From the IMG/VR virus record IMGVR_UViG_3300042203_000045: a stretch of 64,000 nucleotides of DNA; one strand, written 5' to 3'. Under the pieces are notes generated by a model, which saw only the letters and a program-made list of their open reading frames with translations, had not been told where the DNA came from and made no database searches. How positions within the stretch are numbered: the first letter of the stretch is position 1; every line of letters starts with the position of its first letter. Source of the DNA: a virus. Position numbers and translations under genes: made by a program. Below, piece by piece: positions 7,811-17,489 of the stretch.

Positions 7811-9453
7811 CCAAACATCTCCTTTACTTGCGTCTGCGTTGTCACCTGCGCCGGTGCACTGGCCGCGCCGCTCGTGTCCTGCCAGCGAATGATTGCCTGC
7901 GTGAAGGCGTCCACGTCGTCGTCATGCGCTGCGTTAGGGAAGGCAGCGGCGTTGTTGATGAATCCTGCCACCCAGGCGGCAACGTGGGGGTGCGGCAGGT
8001 AGACGTTGCCGCTCTCCACTTCCGGTGCGGCGGCGTAGGCCCGACTCACCTTGCCGCCCTCCGGCTCCACGGGTATCAGGCCGGCCACCTCCCGGCGCAA
8101 CATCTGGATCACCGCCGGCCCGTTCGCCTTGTCCTCAATCAGCTTGGCAATCGCTTTGGGCCATTTGCCCGTCCAGTGGCGGATTGCGTCCATCGTGCCC
8201 GTGATGCCCATCCGCTCGCAGACGTAATCCAACAGGTACTTGTCCGCGCCCAACCTGCCCAACACCTGGCCGGCCACGAAGTCGGATGTCGCCGTGTCCT
8301 TGAACGTGCAGTCCCACGATTGCACCATCTCATCGAAGCGCAGCGGCAGCTCTACGGCGAGCACTTCCACCACTGACCCATCGCCCATCTGGACGGTGAC
8401 GGGCGGCAGTTTGGCCCCTCGCGGTTGCCAGTAGCGCCAGTGATGACGCTTGAAAATTTCGCCCTCATCAGGCGCCGGGCGCTGCTGGTAGAGGCTTGCC
8501 CAGTCACGCTCGCCCACCACCGCCCGCTTGCGCCGCATCTCTGCGGCGTCCCAGCGCGCCGGCCAAAGCACATCGCCGGGTCGGCGCGGGTCATAGCGGG
8601 CAACGGGTTCTTCCGCCACCGCCGGCAGGGTCAGCACCGTCCACTGGTCGGCCTGCGGGTCAGCGGCAGCCGCGGCCAGTAGCCGGCCCGCCAGGTCATC
8701 TTCATGCCAGCGGGTGACGATCAACAGGATGCGCCCGCCGGGTGCAAGGCGGGTGTAGAAGGTGGACGTGTACCACTCCCACACCGCCTGCCGGTAGGTG
8801 GCGCTGTTGGCCTCTTTGCGGTTCTTGACCGGATCGTCAAGAAGCATGTATTTCCCGCCCATGCCCGTAAGCGCACCGCCCACGCCCACGCCCATGTAAA
8901 AGCCCTTGTGGCCCACCACCTCAAACATATCCGAGTTGCGCAGCCAGGAGCCTTTGGCGTCCGAGCGCACGTTCTTGCCTGACAGCGGCGAATCGGGGAA
9001 CAGCTTCCGGTAGCTCTCCTCATCCATGATACGCTGCACGTCCCGGTTCATGCGCCGGGCCAGGTCTGCGCCGTAAGATGCCGCGATGATGGGGGCGTCC
9101 GGGTCGCGGCCCAGGATGAAGGCTGGCAGGCGGCGGGAGACAAGTTCGCTTTTGCCGCTGCGAGGCTGGGCGTAAATCATCAGGCGCAAGATGTCGCCGG
9201 CCACGAACAGATCCAGGTGCTCGCAGATCAGCCGGTGATGCCAGTTGACCTCGTAGCCTGGATAGGTGTAGGTCGTGAAGTCGAGAAGATGCTCACGGGC
9301 GGCAAGCTCAGCGGGGGTCAGGTTCGCTTGGGCCGCCGTATGCTTCGAGAATACGAACCGTCTTGTCGGCAATGACCCCGTGAAGAACCGCAAGCTCGGA
9401 CGCCGGCTGTTCCTTGAGCCATTCTTTGTCGCGAAAGAAGACTGACTGTTCAC
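7807..9453 (-). CDS. terL: Terminase large subunit (start uncertain)
   Basis: Walker A QPRSGKS, Walker B LLDD, TRWHEDD, LIEDKANG, FPNAAHDDDVDA nuclease motif. Confidence 0.95.
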   Translation of the reverse strand: MNSQSSFATKNGSRNSRRPSLRFFTGSLPTRRFVFSKHTAAQANLTPAELAAREHLLDFTTYTYPGYEVNWHHRLICEHLDLFVAGDILRLMIYAQPRSGKSELVSRRLPAFILGRDPDAPIIAASYGADLARRMNRDVQRIMDEESYRKLFPDSPLSGKNVRSDAKGSWLRNSDMFEVVGHKGFYMGVGVGGALTGMGGKYMLLDDPVKNRKEANSATYRQAVWEWYTSTFYTRLAPGGRILLIVTRWHEDDLAGRLLAAAAADPQADQWTVLTLPAVAEEPVARYDPRRPGDVLWPARWDAAEMRRKRAVVGERDWASLYQQRPAPDEGEIFKRHHWRYWQPRGAKLPPVTVQMGDGSVVEVLAVELPLRFDEMVQSWDCTFKDTATSDFVAGQVLGRLGADKYLLDYVCERMGITGTMDAIRHWTGKWPKAIAKLIEDKANGPAVIQMLRREVAGLIPVEPEGGKVSRAYAAAPEVESGNVYLPHPHVAAWVAGFINNAAAFPNAAHDDDVDAFTQAIIRWQDTSGAASAPAQVTTQTQVKEMFG

Positions 9454-9694
9454 GTAACGTCACCAAGTTTTCTTCAACATAGCCTTGCAGCAGGTCATCC
9501 AGCGTCGCGCTTTTTTGGGTCGCACTCTCTCCGACCCTGCCCGCCGCCAAACCCTGCGCCACCTTGCGCCAGCTACTGACCGTTCCCTTGGGAATCTTGT
9601 ACTGCTGCGCGGCGGAAGACACGCTCTGGCCGGCCAGCAATGCGGCCATGACCTGCGCCTTCGTTTCGTCGCTGTATTCCCGTCTGGCGGCCAC
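9308..9694 (-). CDS. terS: Terminase small subunit (HTH)
   Basis: N-terminal HTH; directly upstream of TerL. Confidence 0.7.
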   Translation of the reverse strand: MAARREYSDETKAQVMAALLAGQSVSSAAQQYKIPKGTVSSWRKVAQGLAAGRVGESATQKSATLDDLLQGYVEENLVTLREQSVFFRDKEWLKEQPASELAVLHGVIADKTVRILEAYGGPSEPDPR

Positions 9695-9697
9695 TCT

Positions 9698-10174
9698 CTA
9701 CCCCCTTGCCTCGCGCTCTAGCCATTGCAGTTCGACCGCTGTGTTCTCCAGGATGGCCGCTAGTTGCCCGTCAATGCCGAATCGTTCTCGGTTAATGCGG
9801 AGACTGCGCGCAATGTCGCCGTCCGCGTGGCGCTCACTTGCGGCCTTCCAGTCGCAGAGCATTTCTAGCAAATCGAGCAACGACATGCCTTTGACGCCAT
9901 CGGGGTAGTGTTCGGGGTGATGGCTGTTGACGAAGTAATGATGATCTAACGCTGGGCCAAGACGGGCAACGCTTGCCTTGTATTCGTCGCTGCCATAGGT
10001 CAAACCGCGTAATTGCGGCGTCACCTCGTCAAACGCCTCTTTTTCGGGCGGGAGCAACTTGCTTGCGTCGTGAACCTGCGCGCGAAACTGCAACGAATCG
10101 ACGCAGGCCGCGATGTGTTGCTGCACTTTGCCGATATGCTCCATTGTGTCACGTGTGCTATCGTAGTCACTCAT
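9698..10174 (-). CDS. DUF5662-like HD-type protein
   Basis: H..V, HDASK, NSHHPEHY, EMLCDW motifs. Confidence 0.7.
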   Translation of the reverse strand: MSDYDSTRDTMEHIGKVQQHIAACVDSLQFRAQVHDASKLLPPEKEAFDEVTPQLRGLTYGSDEYKASVARLGPALDHHYFVNSHHPEHYPDGVKGMSLLDLLEMLCDWKAASERHADGDIARSLRINRERFGIDGQLAAILENTAVELQWLEREARG

Positions 10175-10602
10175 GCCTTCCCCCGCAGCATCAGCGTTTG
10201 CAGCGCGTCGCCGTGCGCTTCGAGCGTGTCGCGCCAGGTGCGCCCGTCGGCCTCAAGCGCGGCCACGCGGCCAGCCAGGTAATCGTTGGCTTCGCGCAGG
10301 CGGGACAATTCCAGGTCAAGCCGCGCCAGCCGCTTGTCCACGCTCTCCGGCCATGGCGTGAGTGTGTAGGGCGATGTGGGTGCGCCGGGCATGTTGACGC
10401 GCTGCCAGTTGCGCGCTTCCAGGGCGGCGGGTGCGCCGGAAGCGTCCAGCCATTCGGCGGCATCCTCCCCGCCCCGCTGCTCACGGACGAAGGCGTCCAC
10501 GTCGGGGATGGCGTCGAAGTACGCGCCGTACTCCTCGCGCAGGTTGGCGAACGCGTCGGCGGGGCGCTGCGTCGGATTGCCGGACTCGCGGGCGTCATGC
10601 AT
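10171..10602 (-). CDS. Hypothetical protein
   Basis: 143-aa ORF with C-terminal coiled coil; coupled to the next gene. Confidence 0.6.
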   Translation of the reverse strand: MHDARESGNPTQRPADAFANLREEYGAYFDAIPDVDAFVREQRGGEDAAEWLDASGAPAALEARNWQRVNMPGAPTSPYTLTPWPESVDKRLARLDLELSRLREANDYLAGRVAALEADGRTWRDTLEAHGDALQTLMLRGKA

Positions 10603-10685
10603 GAGCCACCTCCCGCATGATGCGCAGTGTCACCCAGGGCAGGACGGCGGCGCCCACGGCGACAATTAGCAGGCGCATGGCGATG

Positions 10686-11072
10686 TCAGTCATTGCGCGT
10701 CACCGTCAGCTTTCCTAGCAGCGCCTCGCCAACCAGCAGCACGCCCAGGATAACCAGCGCCCATTGCAGCGCGCCGCCCAGGGCGTCGGGGATGGCCTTG
10801 TCGAACCAGGCCAGGAAGAACAGCGCCAGCAGGGACACCAGGCCGATAGCGCCCACCATGACCGCCGTCCAGAACATCATATTCATGTAGGCCGGATGGG
10901 TGGCCGCGTCCTCCAGCACCTTCTCACTGATGTACGCCGGCTTGGGCGATAGGGTTGGCCCGCCCGACTCACGGTCGTTCGCCGCCCAACTCACCGCACC
11001 GCCGCTGACGATTTCGCCTTGGTTCACTTGCACAGTCCCCTTTCGTGCGCCGCCCGATGGCACACCGAGCAC
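10686..11072 (-). CDS. Two-TM membrane protein (start uncertain)
   Basis: Two hydrophobic segments in the C-terminal half. Confidence 0.55.
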   Translation of the reverse strand: MLGVPSGGARKGTVQVNQGEIVSGGAVSWAANDRESGGPTLSPKPAYISEKVLEDAATHPAYMNMMFWTAVMVGAIGLVSLLALFFLAWFDKAIPDALGGALQWALVILGVLLVGEALLGKLTVTRND

Positions 11073-11293
11073 AACGTTACGCAGTCGCGCAGCTCCCCGA
11101 TGAAGCTGCGGCCCCGATGTCGGTAGGAACGATGGTGCACCTCCAGGCGCACCGTCGCAAAGCAGACGCGGCAGCGCCCACCATCAAGCCGCTTGCGCAG
11201 CCAGCGCAGGGCCTGCCAGCGGGGCGTGTCGAGATATGCGTTGTAGCGCGCCTGCGCCGTGCGGTCAGCTTGCGGTCTTGCTGCGGTGGTCAT
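11024..11293 (-). CDS. HNH endonuclease, possible packaging cofactor
   Basis: CRVC..LEVHHRSY...LCSVCH; first gene of the late arm. Confidence 0.8.
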   Translation of the reverse strand: MTTAARPQADRTAQARYNAYLDTPRWQALRWLRKRLDGGRCRVCFATVRLEVHHRSYRHRGRSFIGELRDCVTLCSVCHRAAHERGLCK

Positions 11294-11307
11294 GGATGGA
11301 TGCGCCC

Positions 11308-11353
11308 TTCACTTACAGTGTACTTTACTCACAATTATATCACTGTAGGTGTA
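11308..11353 (-). promoter_or_regulatory. Late-arm promoter flanked by two operator-like sites
   Basis: TGATATAAT extended -10 on minus strand; TTCACTTACAGTGTA (11308-11322) and ATCACTGTAGGTGTA (11339-11353). Confidence 0.65.
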
Positions 11354-11378
11354 GGGAGTGGGAGGGGAGTTTGCGACC

Positions 11379-11412
11379 AAAAGCAAAGGCCGCCGTGTCG
11401 AGCGGCGGCCTT
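11379..11412 (-). terminator. Terminator ending the left early arm
   Basis: AAGGCCGCCG...CGGCGGCCTT stem then TGCTTTT on minus strand. Confidence 0.7.
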
Positions 11413-11501
11413 GCACTCTATATCCTGGCGGCGTGCGCCTTTGCAGGCAGGCCAGCCAGGTGCAAACGGGGCATTGGACGCACCCCGTTGTTGCCTCTCA
11501 C

Positions 11502-11987
11502 TCACCGCAACATGCACCGGACGCGCCCGTCTGGCAGCGCCGTCACCCGGCACACTTCCAGGCCGCGCCCGTCCAACTCCCGCTGCATGGCCCGATCCTC
11601 GTCCACCGCGGCGGCCACCTCCGCAAGCACCTTGGCTTCGTGGGCGATGCGCACCTTGGCTTGCGTGCCGGGGCGCGTGCCCTTCTCGTAGCCGCGGCGG
11701 GGGCCGGGTTCCAGGCCCACCCAGCGGCAAAGCTGATGCCAGTTGCCTAGCTGCGCGCTCAGCGCCTGGTAGCTGGGGACGCCTCGGCTCGTGGCGATCG
11801 CCTGGTACGCCTGTAGGCTGATGGCCGTGCCCGGCTTGTTTGGGTTCTCCATCACCTCGCGCACCTTCAGCCACAGGCCGGGGCGGGCGTAGCACACGGC
11901 TTCATGGCGGCTCTTGAGGCTGGGGCGCAATTCGGCGCCGCAGTAGTCGCAGGTAGCGGCGTCGGTAGTGGATGTGGTCGCGCTCAC
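11502..11987 (-). CDS. Zn-finger plus homing-endonuclease-associated-repeat-like protein
   Basis: CDYC..RHEAVC; PSY..L...LGNW..LC...GL; GTG start in junction motif. Confidence 0.55.
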   Translation of the reverse strand: MSATTSTTDAATCDYCGAELRPSLKSRHEAVCYARPGLWLKVREVMENPNKPGTAISLQAYQAIATSRGVPSYQALSAQLGNWHQLCRWVGLEPGPRRGYEKGTRPGTQAKVRIAHEAKVLAEVAAAVDEDRAMQRELDGRGLEVCRVTALPDGRVRCMLR

Positions 11988-12406
11988 GGCTGCACCTCGC
12001 TTTCGTCCATGCCGGGTTGCGCCGACCACCATTCCGCCAACGACAGCGCCGGGCCTTCGGTGTCGTTGCAGTAGCGCATGTACTCAGGCAGGCAGGACAA
12101 CATGACGCTCAGGTCATCTAGTCCGCGCTCTGCTGCATCGGCGCGCGCCGTCTGCCGTTCGGCCTCTGCAACGGCGCATTGCCAGTGGCGGCGGCCACCG
12201 TCGCGCCAGCAGCCGGCCCAATGCGTGCCCAGGCGGTCGGGGTCGCGCTGCGCTTGCATCGCGCGCAACTCCTGATTGAGTGCGCCGTTTGCCTTCAACA
12301 CCGCGTCGCGGTCGGCGGTGGCGGCGGCCAGGGCGGCGCGCAACTGCTGCATTTCTGCTGCAAGGGCTTCGTTGTTGGCGTAGACTGCGTGCATGTCATC
12401 ACTCAC
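11984..12406 (-). CDS. Hypothetical coiled-coil protein
   Basis: 140-aa ORF ending SEVQP. Confidence 0.6.
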   Translation of the reverse strand: MSDDMHAVYANNEALAAEMQQLRAALAAATADRDAVLKANGALNQELRAMQAQRDPDRLGTHWAGCWRDGGRRHWQCAVAEAERQTARADAAERGLDDLSVMLSCLPEYMRYCNDTEGPALSLAEWWSAQPGMDESEVQP

Positions 12407-12630
12407 TGGTGTTTACCTCCTATCGTGCATGTGCGGCGGTACTCGTCAAAGTAAAACTCATAGTTGCGCTGCGCCTCGTCGCGTTCCCGGCGCAAGGCGG
12501 CGTTGTCTGCCTGTAGCGTTGCGATGGTTGCGAGCGCCTGCGTCAACTGGCCTTGCAGCGTTGCGGCCTGCTGCTGCGCGTGCAGCGTGGCGGCGTCGGG
12601 CGTGCGGGGGCGGGTGAATGGGTTACGCAT
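12403..12630 (-). CDS. Hypothetical coiled-coil protein
   Basis: Translationally coupled 75-aa ORF. Confidence 0.55.
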   Translation of the reverse strand: MRNPFTRPRTPDAATLHAQQQAATLQGQLTQALATIATLQADNAALRRERDEAQRNYEFYFDEYRRTCTIGGKHQ

Positions 12631-12895
12631 CTTGGGCGGCTCCGTTGCGCTTGGATCGCTCCATGCACATCAGGACGTTATCCCATTCTTCGCCCAAGAC
12701 GGCCTTTGCCCCATCGACGATCTCGCGCCACACGTCGCGCTCCATAGTCAGTAGAGCGGCGGCGCGTTGGTATTCGTCGGCGCGCTCGCGTTGCGCCTGC
12801 AACTGTGCGCGCAGCGTGGCGATCTCCGCACCGAGCGCAACAAATGCGGCAAGCGTTGCGGCGTCGGGGTGGTCGGGGTGGTATTCATTTTGCAT
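12623..12895 (-). CDS. Hypothetical coiled-coil protein
   Basis: AAGGA RBS; 90 aa. Confidence 0.55.
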   Translation of the reverse strand: MQNEYHPDHPDAATLAAFVALGAEIATLRAQLQAQRERADEYQRAAALLTMERDVWREIVDGAKAVLGEEWDNVLMCMERSKRNGAAQDA

Positions 12896-12928
12896 GCGTG
12901 TGTGTCCTTTCTTGTTGTGCAGCGTTGG

Positions 12929-13411
12929 TTATTTCAACACCCAGGCGTATCCGCCCGTCACAGGACGCGGGCCAGCCACGCGGCGGCCATCCTGGTAATG
13001 CCAGTCGAGCGCCTGGATACATTCGGCGCTGCGGAGATCGCTCACCGTGTTGGCGGCGGAAATCTCCGCATCCCGGCGCGCCCTGGCGAGTTCCTTCGCT
13101 TCGCGGCGTTCGCTTTCGCCTGGCGCATCAATGCCGCTGCCGGGAGCGCACAGGCCAAAAAATCCGCAAGCGGCTTCCCATGAACCGAAGACAGCATAAA
13201 GCACCTTGGCGGCTGGCGCCCCACTTCCTGTTGCTCGCAGCCGATACGCTCCGCTGTTTACGGCGCGTCCAGGTTCGTCGTGGCTTTCCAGCGCCGCCGC
13301 AATCAGGGCGTAGAGCGCCGGGTTGCGCGGGCAAGCGGAGACGTGACGGGCGTAGCAGGGAAGCGTTTTTTCGCCGCCGCAATGAGGACACTTCAACGCC
13401 GGAGCCTTCAT
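12929..13411 (-). CDS. Zn-finger plus HNH-associated-repeat-like protein, paralog of 11502-11987
   Basis: CPHC..RHVSAC; FGSWEAAC..FGL. Confidence 0.55.
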   Translation of the reverse strand: MKAPALKCPHCGGEKTLPCYARHVSACPRNPALYALIAAALESHDEPGRAVNSGAYRLRATGSGAPAAKVLYAVFGSWEAACGFFGLCAPGSGIDAPGESERREAKELARARRDAEISAANTVSDLRSAECIQALDWHYQDGRRVAGPRPVTGGYAWVLK

Positions 13412-13713
13412 GCAGCCCCCTGTGTAAACAACTCCATCTGGTCGAACGACGCCAGCCGCGCCAACGTCCTGCGGCAGGTCGGGCAGGTCGGGTCGAGATA
13501 CTGCACATACCAGGGTGCGGCCACCTTGGAGGATGACCCCAAGCCGCGCCGGTGACAGCCGCCGCCGCACACGGCGCAATCTTCCGCCGTGCCCGGCTTG
13601 TCGTGCCGGACAGCGCCGCATGACAGGCAGATACAGTGATAGAGATACTCCGTGCAGAGATACTCATTGAGCGGCGCACCGTAATCGACGCACGCGCCGG
13701 ATTTGCACTTCAT
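13408..13713 (-). CDS. Cys-rich zinc-binding protein
   Basis: Several CxxC pairs; coupled ATG at 13713. Confidence 0.55.
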   Translation of the reverse strand: MKCKSGACVDYGAPLNEYLCTEYLYHCICLSCGAVRHDKPGTAEDCAVCGGGCHRRGLGSSSKVAAPWYVQYLDPTCPTCRRTLARLASFDQMELFTQGAA

Positions 13714-13985
13714 TCCCCCCTCACTCCTTCCCACGCCTCCGGGTGCTCCGCTCTTGCGGCCTGGACGGCGGCGTAATACTGTTCCGGCGTGCAGGCATGG
13801 CGCAGCGTGTGCCCCATCCGCACGGCCTCCTTGTCGGCGTACCGCTTGCGCACCAGGACGATTTCGCCCTCCAGTTGGGTGAGCGCGTCCGACGCCTGTT
13901 GCAGTGCCCGCACGCCTGCGAGGCCGGGATTGGCGGCGTCTGCGAGCTGGGTGCGCAGGGCGGCGAGAAGTTGTTCGATGGTCAT
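13710..13985 (-). CDS. Hypothetical protein
   Basis: Coupled ORF starting MTIEQLL. Confidence 0.5.
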   Translation of the reverse strand: MTIEQLLAALRTQLADAANPGLAGVRALQQASDALTQLEGEIVLVRKRYADKEAVRMGHTLRHACTPEQYYAAVQAARAEHPEAWEGVRGE

Positions 13986-14090
13986 GACCCCACCAACTTC
14001 CAACTGGCCGCGCACGCCTCCTCGCGGCGAAGGTGCGGCTCCGTCGCCACAATGCCGTAGCGGGCCGTCCAGCGCCCGTGATAGGCGTAG

Positions 14091-14315
14091 TCATGGCCTC
14101 ACTTGTCTCCTTCTCATCTTGCCCGCCGCCTCATGCCCCGCCGCGTACTCGCGGGCGTCGGCGCTGCCCGGCGGGTAGGGACAGAACCAGCAGCCGTCGT
14201 AATAGCAGTCCTCGAACCCGCGCCGGTAGGGGGCGACCGGCTGCGGGGCGAAGGCGCTGGCCGGCGCATCGTCGGGCAGGCTGCGACAGATTGGCAGGGT
14301 GAAGGCGGTGGTCAT
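14091..14315 (-). CDS. RMF/CrpP-fold-like small protein
   Basis: YRRGF...G...CPY........Y..G..AA pattern; AGGAG RBS. Confidence 0.4.
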   Translation of the reverse strand: MTTAFTLPICRSLPDDAPASAFAPQPVAPYRRGFEDCYYDGCWFCPYPPGSADAREYAAGHEAAGKMRRRQVRP

Positions 14316-14328
14316 GGGTGGAATCTCC

Positions 14329-16959
14329 TTAGTCGGCTGCCATCATCAGTTCGTCGGGCGCGTCCTCGATTTCGTCGCCAACCAGGGGCAGCGGCAGGTC
14401 AAAGATCGTCGGGGCGTGCGCCGTCATCTCCTGCTCGGTCAGGTAGTCGCAGGAGATGCGCCAGTAATCGGCGTTCAACTCCACACCGAGGTAGCGCCGC
14501 CCCTCTTTGATTGACACGTAACCGACCGTGCCCAGGCCGCTAAACGGGTCAAGCACCAGGTCGCCGGGGTTGGTGTAGCGCACGACCAGGCGGCGGGGAA
14601 TGTCGAGCGGGAACGGGCAGACGTGCTTTGCCAGCCGCCGCCGGGCGTTCTGCATATTGAGCGTGCGCATGAACAGCACGTCCGTCCAGACGTATTCGTC
14701 CCCGTCCGCCGGGACAGTGGTCGGGAACAGCATGAACTTGGCGGGCAGGCGGTCGCCAACCATCTCGCACAGGCGCACGTGATCCTCGTACTCGTAGGCG
14801 GCGCCGGAACGCATCCGCTCGCGCCACCAGCGGAACAACTGCGCCCCGTCCATCCCGTTGACCTCATCCTGCGTCAACAGCGGCGCGTGGGCGGCGTCGG
14901 GCAGGCTATGGCCATTGGTGCGCCAAAGCTGATGCGCGTCAATCTGCCAGCGGCCCCGGCTGTAGGCGCGTTTGTCCTTGCGCACCGGCTCGTCTGCGTA
15001 GGATCTGGATTTGTCCGTCTGCGGCTTGCGGAACAAGAGCACGTATTCGGGCATACCCACGCCCATTTTGGAACTGTCTTTGCTGTTCTCCGTCCAACCC
15101 AGCCGGTTGGTTGACCCGTTCTCGCGCACCACGTCGGTAGGGATCGTGATCCGTCCATAGGAGACAAAGCCATGCTTGCGGAAGGCCCGGTTGCAGTCGT
15201 CGCTGAAGTAGTCCACCTCCATCATGCCGTGGCCCGTCTGGTGGCCGTACAGCAGGCGATCCTTCACATGGATGCAGGCCATGCGGCCCGGCTTCAGCGC
15301 ACGGTAGAGGCTGGGGATCAGGAAGTCCATTTGCTCCCAGAAGGCGGCGTCCGACTGGTTGAAGCCAAAGTCATTCCGGTTGGCGGCGTATTCGTAATGA
15401 TTGCCGAACGGAATCGACGTGACAATGGCGTCAATCGAGTTCGGTTCCAGGTCGTAGCATTCCAGCACCGTATCGTTGTTGAAGACCCGCCAGCCGTCCC
15501 CGCTCGCCTTCTGCCGGTTGACGCCGATCGCCCGGCGCAGGCCGCTGACCAGGCTCTCACGCGTCAGGCCGTGCTCCTTCACGATCTCGCGCATCCGGGC
15601 CATAAGCTCGTCATGCTGCGTCCACTTGCGCATCAGCGCATCGCGCACGGCGTCCTCAGCGTCGGTGTGAATGATGTGGATGGTCACGGGCCGGGTCTGC
15701 CCGTAACGGTGGATGCGATGCACCGACTGGATGAAGTCGCGAAACTGGAAGTTCAGGCCGACGTAGATGGCGTCAGCGCAGGCGTATTGAAAATTGCAGC
15801 CACTTCCACTTAACGAAGGCTTGGTGGCTATGATCGGCAACTTACCGTGCGAAAAGTCGAGGATCACCTGCTCGCGTTCCTCCAGGTCTTGCGACCCGTA
15901 GACGGCGGACACGTTGGGGATCAGGCGGCTGATGGCCTTGCGCTCATCTTCCAGGTGATGCCAGACGATCCAGCCCTTGCCCGGCTCGCCTTCGATGATG
16001 CGGGCGGCTTCCGCTACCCGGATGTCGAGGCTGTCCCGCTTCTCGCGCGCCGCCTGGGTGACGCCCGCCGTCGTGTCCTTCAGCAGGAAGTGCTGACCCT
16101 TGTTATCCTTGGCGTCCCAAATCTTGGTGTGATCGGATGTCAGCCGATGCCAGACGATGTTGATCTCCGGCATGGTGAAGCCTTCGTCGCTGTACGTCGC
16201 GCCCAGGTCAGACGGCTTCTCGACAAAGAGCGCCCAACTCGCGACCCACATCCAAAATTCATGCTCCATGTGGGGTAGCAACTGCAAGTCGCCCGCCTTG
16301 TCGGGGTTGCGGCCAAACCAGCGGGTGAGCGCCTGGCCGGCGTCCAGTTCATCGAAGAAGTCGCCAAAGTAGATCAGCTGCCGGTAGTCGTTGGGCGCCG
16401 GTGTGGCGGTGGCCGCCCACTTGTATTCGACCGGGTCAAAGATGATGCGGAACTGATCCTGCGTCTTCGTGCCCAGGTTGCCCAGGATAGCCGCTTCGTC
16501 CAGGCAGACGCCCGTCACGTGCGCGTGAATCCATTCGGCGGTGATGCTCCCGTCGCGCACCCGCTCGTAGTTCGTGATGAGAAAGGGCGTGTGCTGCAAG
16601 GCGGCGTCCGCTTCGGCGTCATCGCGCACGTAGGCGAACTCGACGCCCATCGCCGGGCCGTCTTCGTGGGTGAACTGAGTGCGTACACCCAGCGGGCAGA
16701 TGACCATCTGCGCGCCGCCTGTGGCGTTGTGTACTTGGCGCAGAATCTCAATCTGTTGGGTCGTCTTGCCCAGGCCGAACCGCTCAGCCAGCAGGCCGTG
16801 CCCGCGCTGCAAGGCCCAAAGCACGGCGTCCTTCTGGTACTCAAACAGGCGGGGGTGCAAGTCCGCCCGGCGCACGTCCAGACCGGACGCGGCGTGAATG
16901 TCGATTTTGTTGGTTGCCAGCCAGTCTGTGTACTGACGGGCGAAAGTCTGCGAATCCAT
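14329..16959 (-). CDS. SNF2-type helicase fused to amino (N4-C/N6-A) DNA methyltransferase
   Basis: GLGKT, LDEA, TATPAPN and HRIHRYGQ helicase motifs; VTSIPF catalytic and LDPFSGLGT SAM-binding motifs in beta order. Confidence 0.88.
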   Translation of the reverse strand: MDSQTFARQYTDWLATNKIDIHAASGLDVRRADLHPRLFEYQKDAVLWALQRGHGLLAERFGLGKTTQQIEILRQVHNATGGAQMVICPLGVRTQFTHEDGPAMGVEFAYVRDDAEADAALQHTPFLITNYERVRDGSITAEWIHAHVTGVCLDEAAILGNLGTKTQDQFRIIFDPVEYKWAATATPAPNDYRQLIYFGDFFDELDAGQALTRWFGRNPDKAGDLQLLPHMEHEFWMWVASWALFVEKPSDLGATYSDEGFTMPEINIVWHRLTSDHTKIWDAKDNKGQHFLLKDTTAGVTQAAREKRDSLDIRVAEAARIIEGEPGKGWIVWHHLEDERKAISRLIPNVSAVYGSQDLEEREQVILDFSHGKLPIIATKPSLSGSGCNFQYACADAIYVGLNFQFRDFIQSVHRIHRYGQTRPVTIHIIHTDAEDAVRDALMRKWTQHDELMARMREIVKEHGLTRESLVSGLRRAIGVNRQKASGDGWRVFNNDTVLECYDLEPNSIDAIVTSIPFGNHYEYAANRNDFGFNQSDAAFWEQMDFLIPSLYRALKPGRMACIHVKDRLLYGHQTGHGMMEVDYFSDDCNRAFRKHGFVSYGRITIPTDVVRENGSTNRLGWTENSKDSSKMGVGMPEYVLLFRKPQTDKSRSYADEPVRKDKRAYSRGRWQIDAHQLWRTNGHSLPDAAHAPLLTQDEVNGMDGAQLFRWWRERMRSGAAYEYEDHVRLCEMVGDRLPAKFMLFPTTVPADGDEYVWTDVLFMRTLNMQNARRRLAKHVCPFPLDIPRRLVVRYTNPGDLVLDPFSGLGTVGYVSIKEGRRYLGVELNADYWRISCDYLTEQEMTAHAPTIFDLPLPLVGDEIEDAPDELMMAAD

Positions 16960-17111
16960 ATGTCCCCCTCTCCAAATTCACCACTCCGCGCCCCGGCGGC
17001 GGCTGGCGTTGCAATCATTCCGAACCCAACCGGACGCCGCGTAAAGCGGTAATCACAGTTGGATAAGATGAAACCAGCCATCGGGCCGCCGGGGCGCGGT
17101 GGGTAGCTACG

Positions 17112-17471
17112 TCATTCCGCCAGACCCCAACGCCCGCGCACTTCCGCGGCAACGTCGGCAAGTTGCGCCAACTCCTGGACGGACAGCCCGTTCGTCACGG
17201 CGTCCAGCCAGCCGGCCACCAGGTCAAGGTCGGCGCGGGCGGCGTCAACCTGCCCGCGGGCGGCGTTGCGCTCGTCAGTCAGGGTGGCAACAACCGCCTT
17301 GAGGCGCTGGACTTCCGTCACGGCGGGCGAAGGGATGGCGGCGAGCCTGGCGGGTGCGGGTGCGGCGGGTGCAATCCAGCCGTTGGCGTATCCGATGTGC
17401 ATGGCTTCGATGGTTGCGGCCTCGTCGCGGGCGTCGGGCGATTCCGGCGGCAGGTAGGCGTAGTCAAGCAT
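17112..17471 (-). CDS. Hypothetical coiled-coil protein
   Basis: AGGAG RBS; 119 aa. Confidence 0.6.
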   Translation of the reverse strand: MLDYAYLPPESPDARDEAATIEAMHIGYANGWIAPAAPAPARLAAIPSPAVTEVQRLKAVVATLTDERNAARGQVDAARADLDLVAGWLDAVTNGLSVQELAQLADVAAEVRGRWGLAE

Positions 17472-17489
17472 GGTCGTTTCTCCTTTTCG

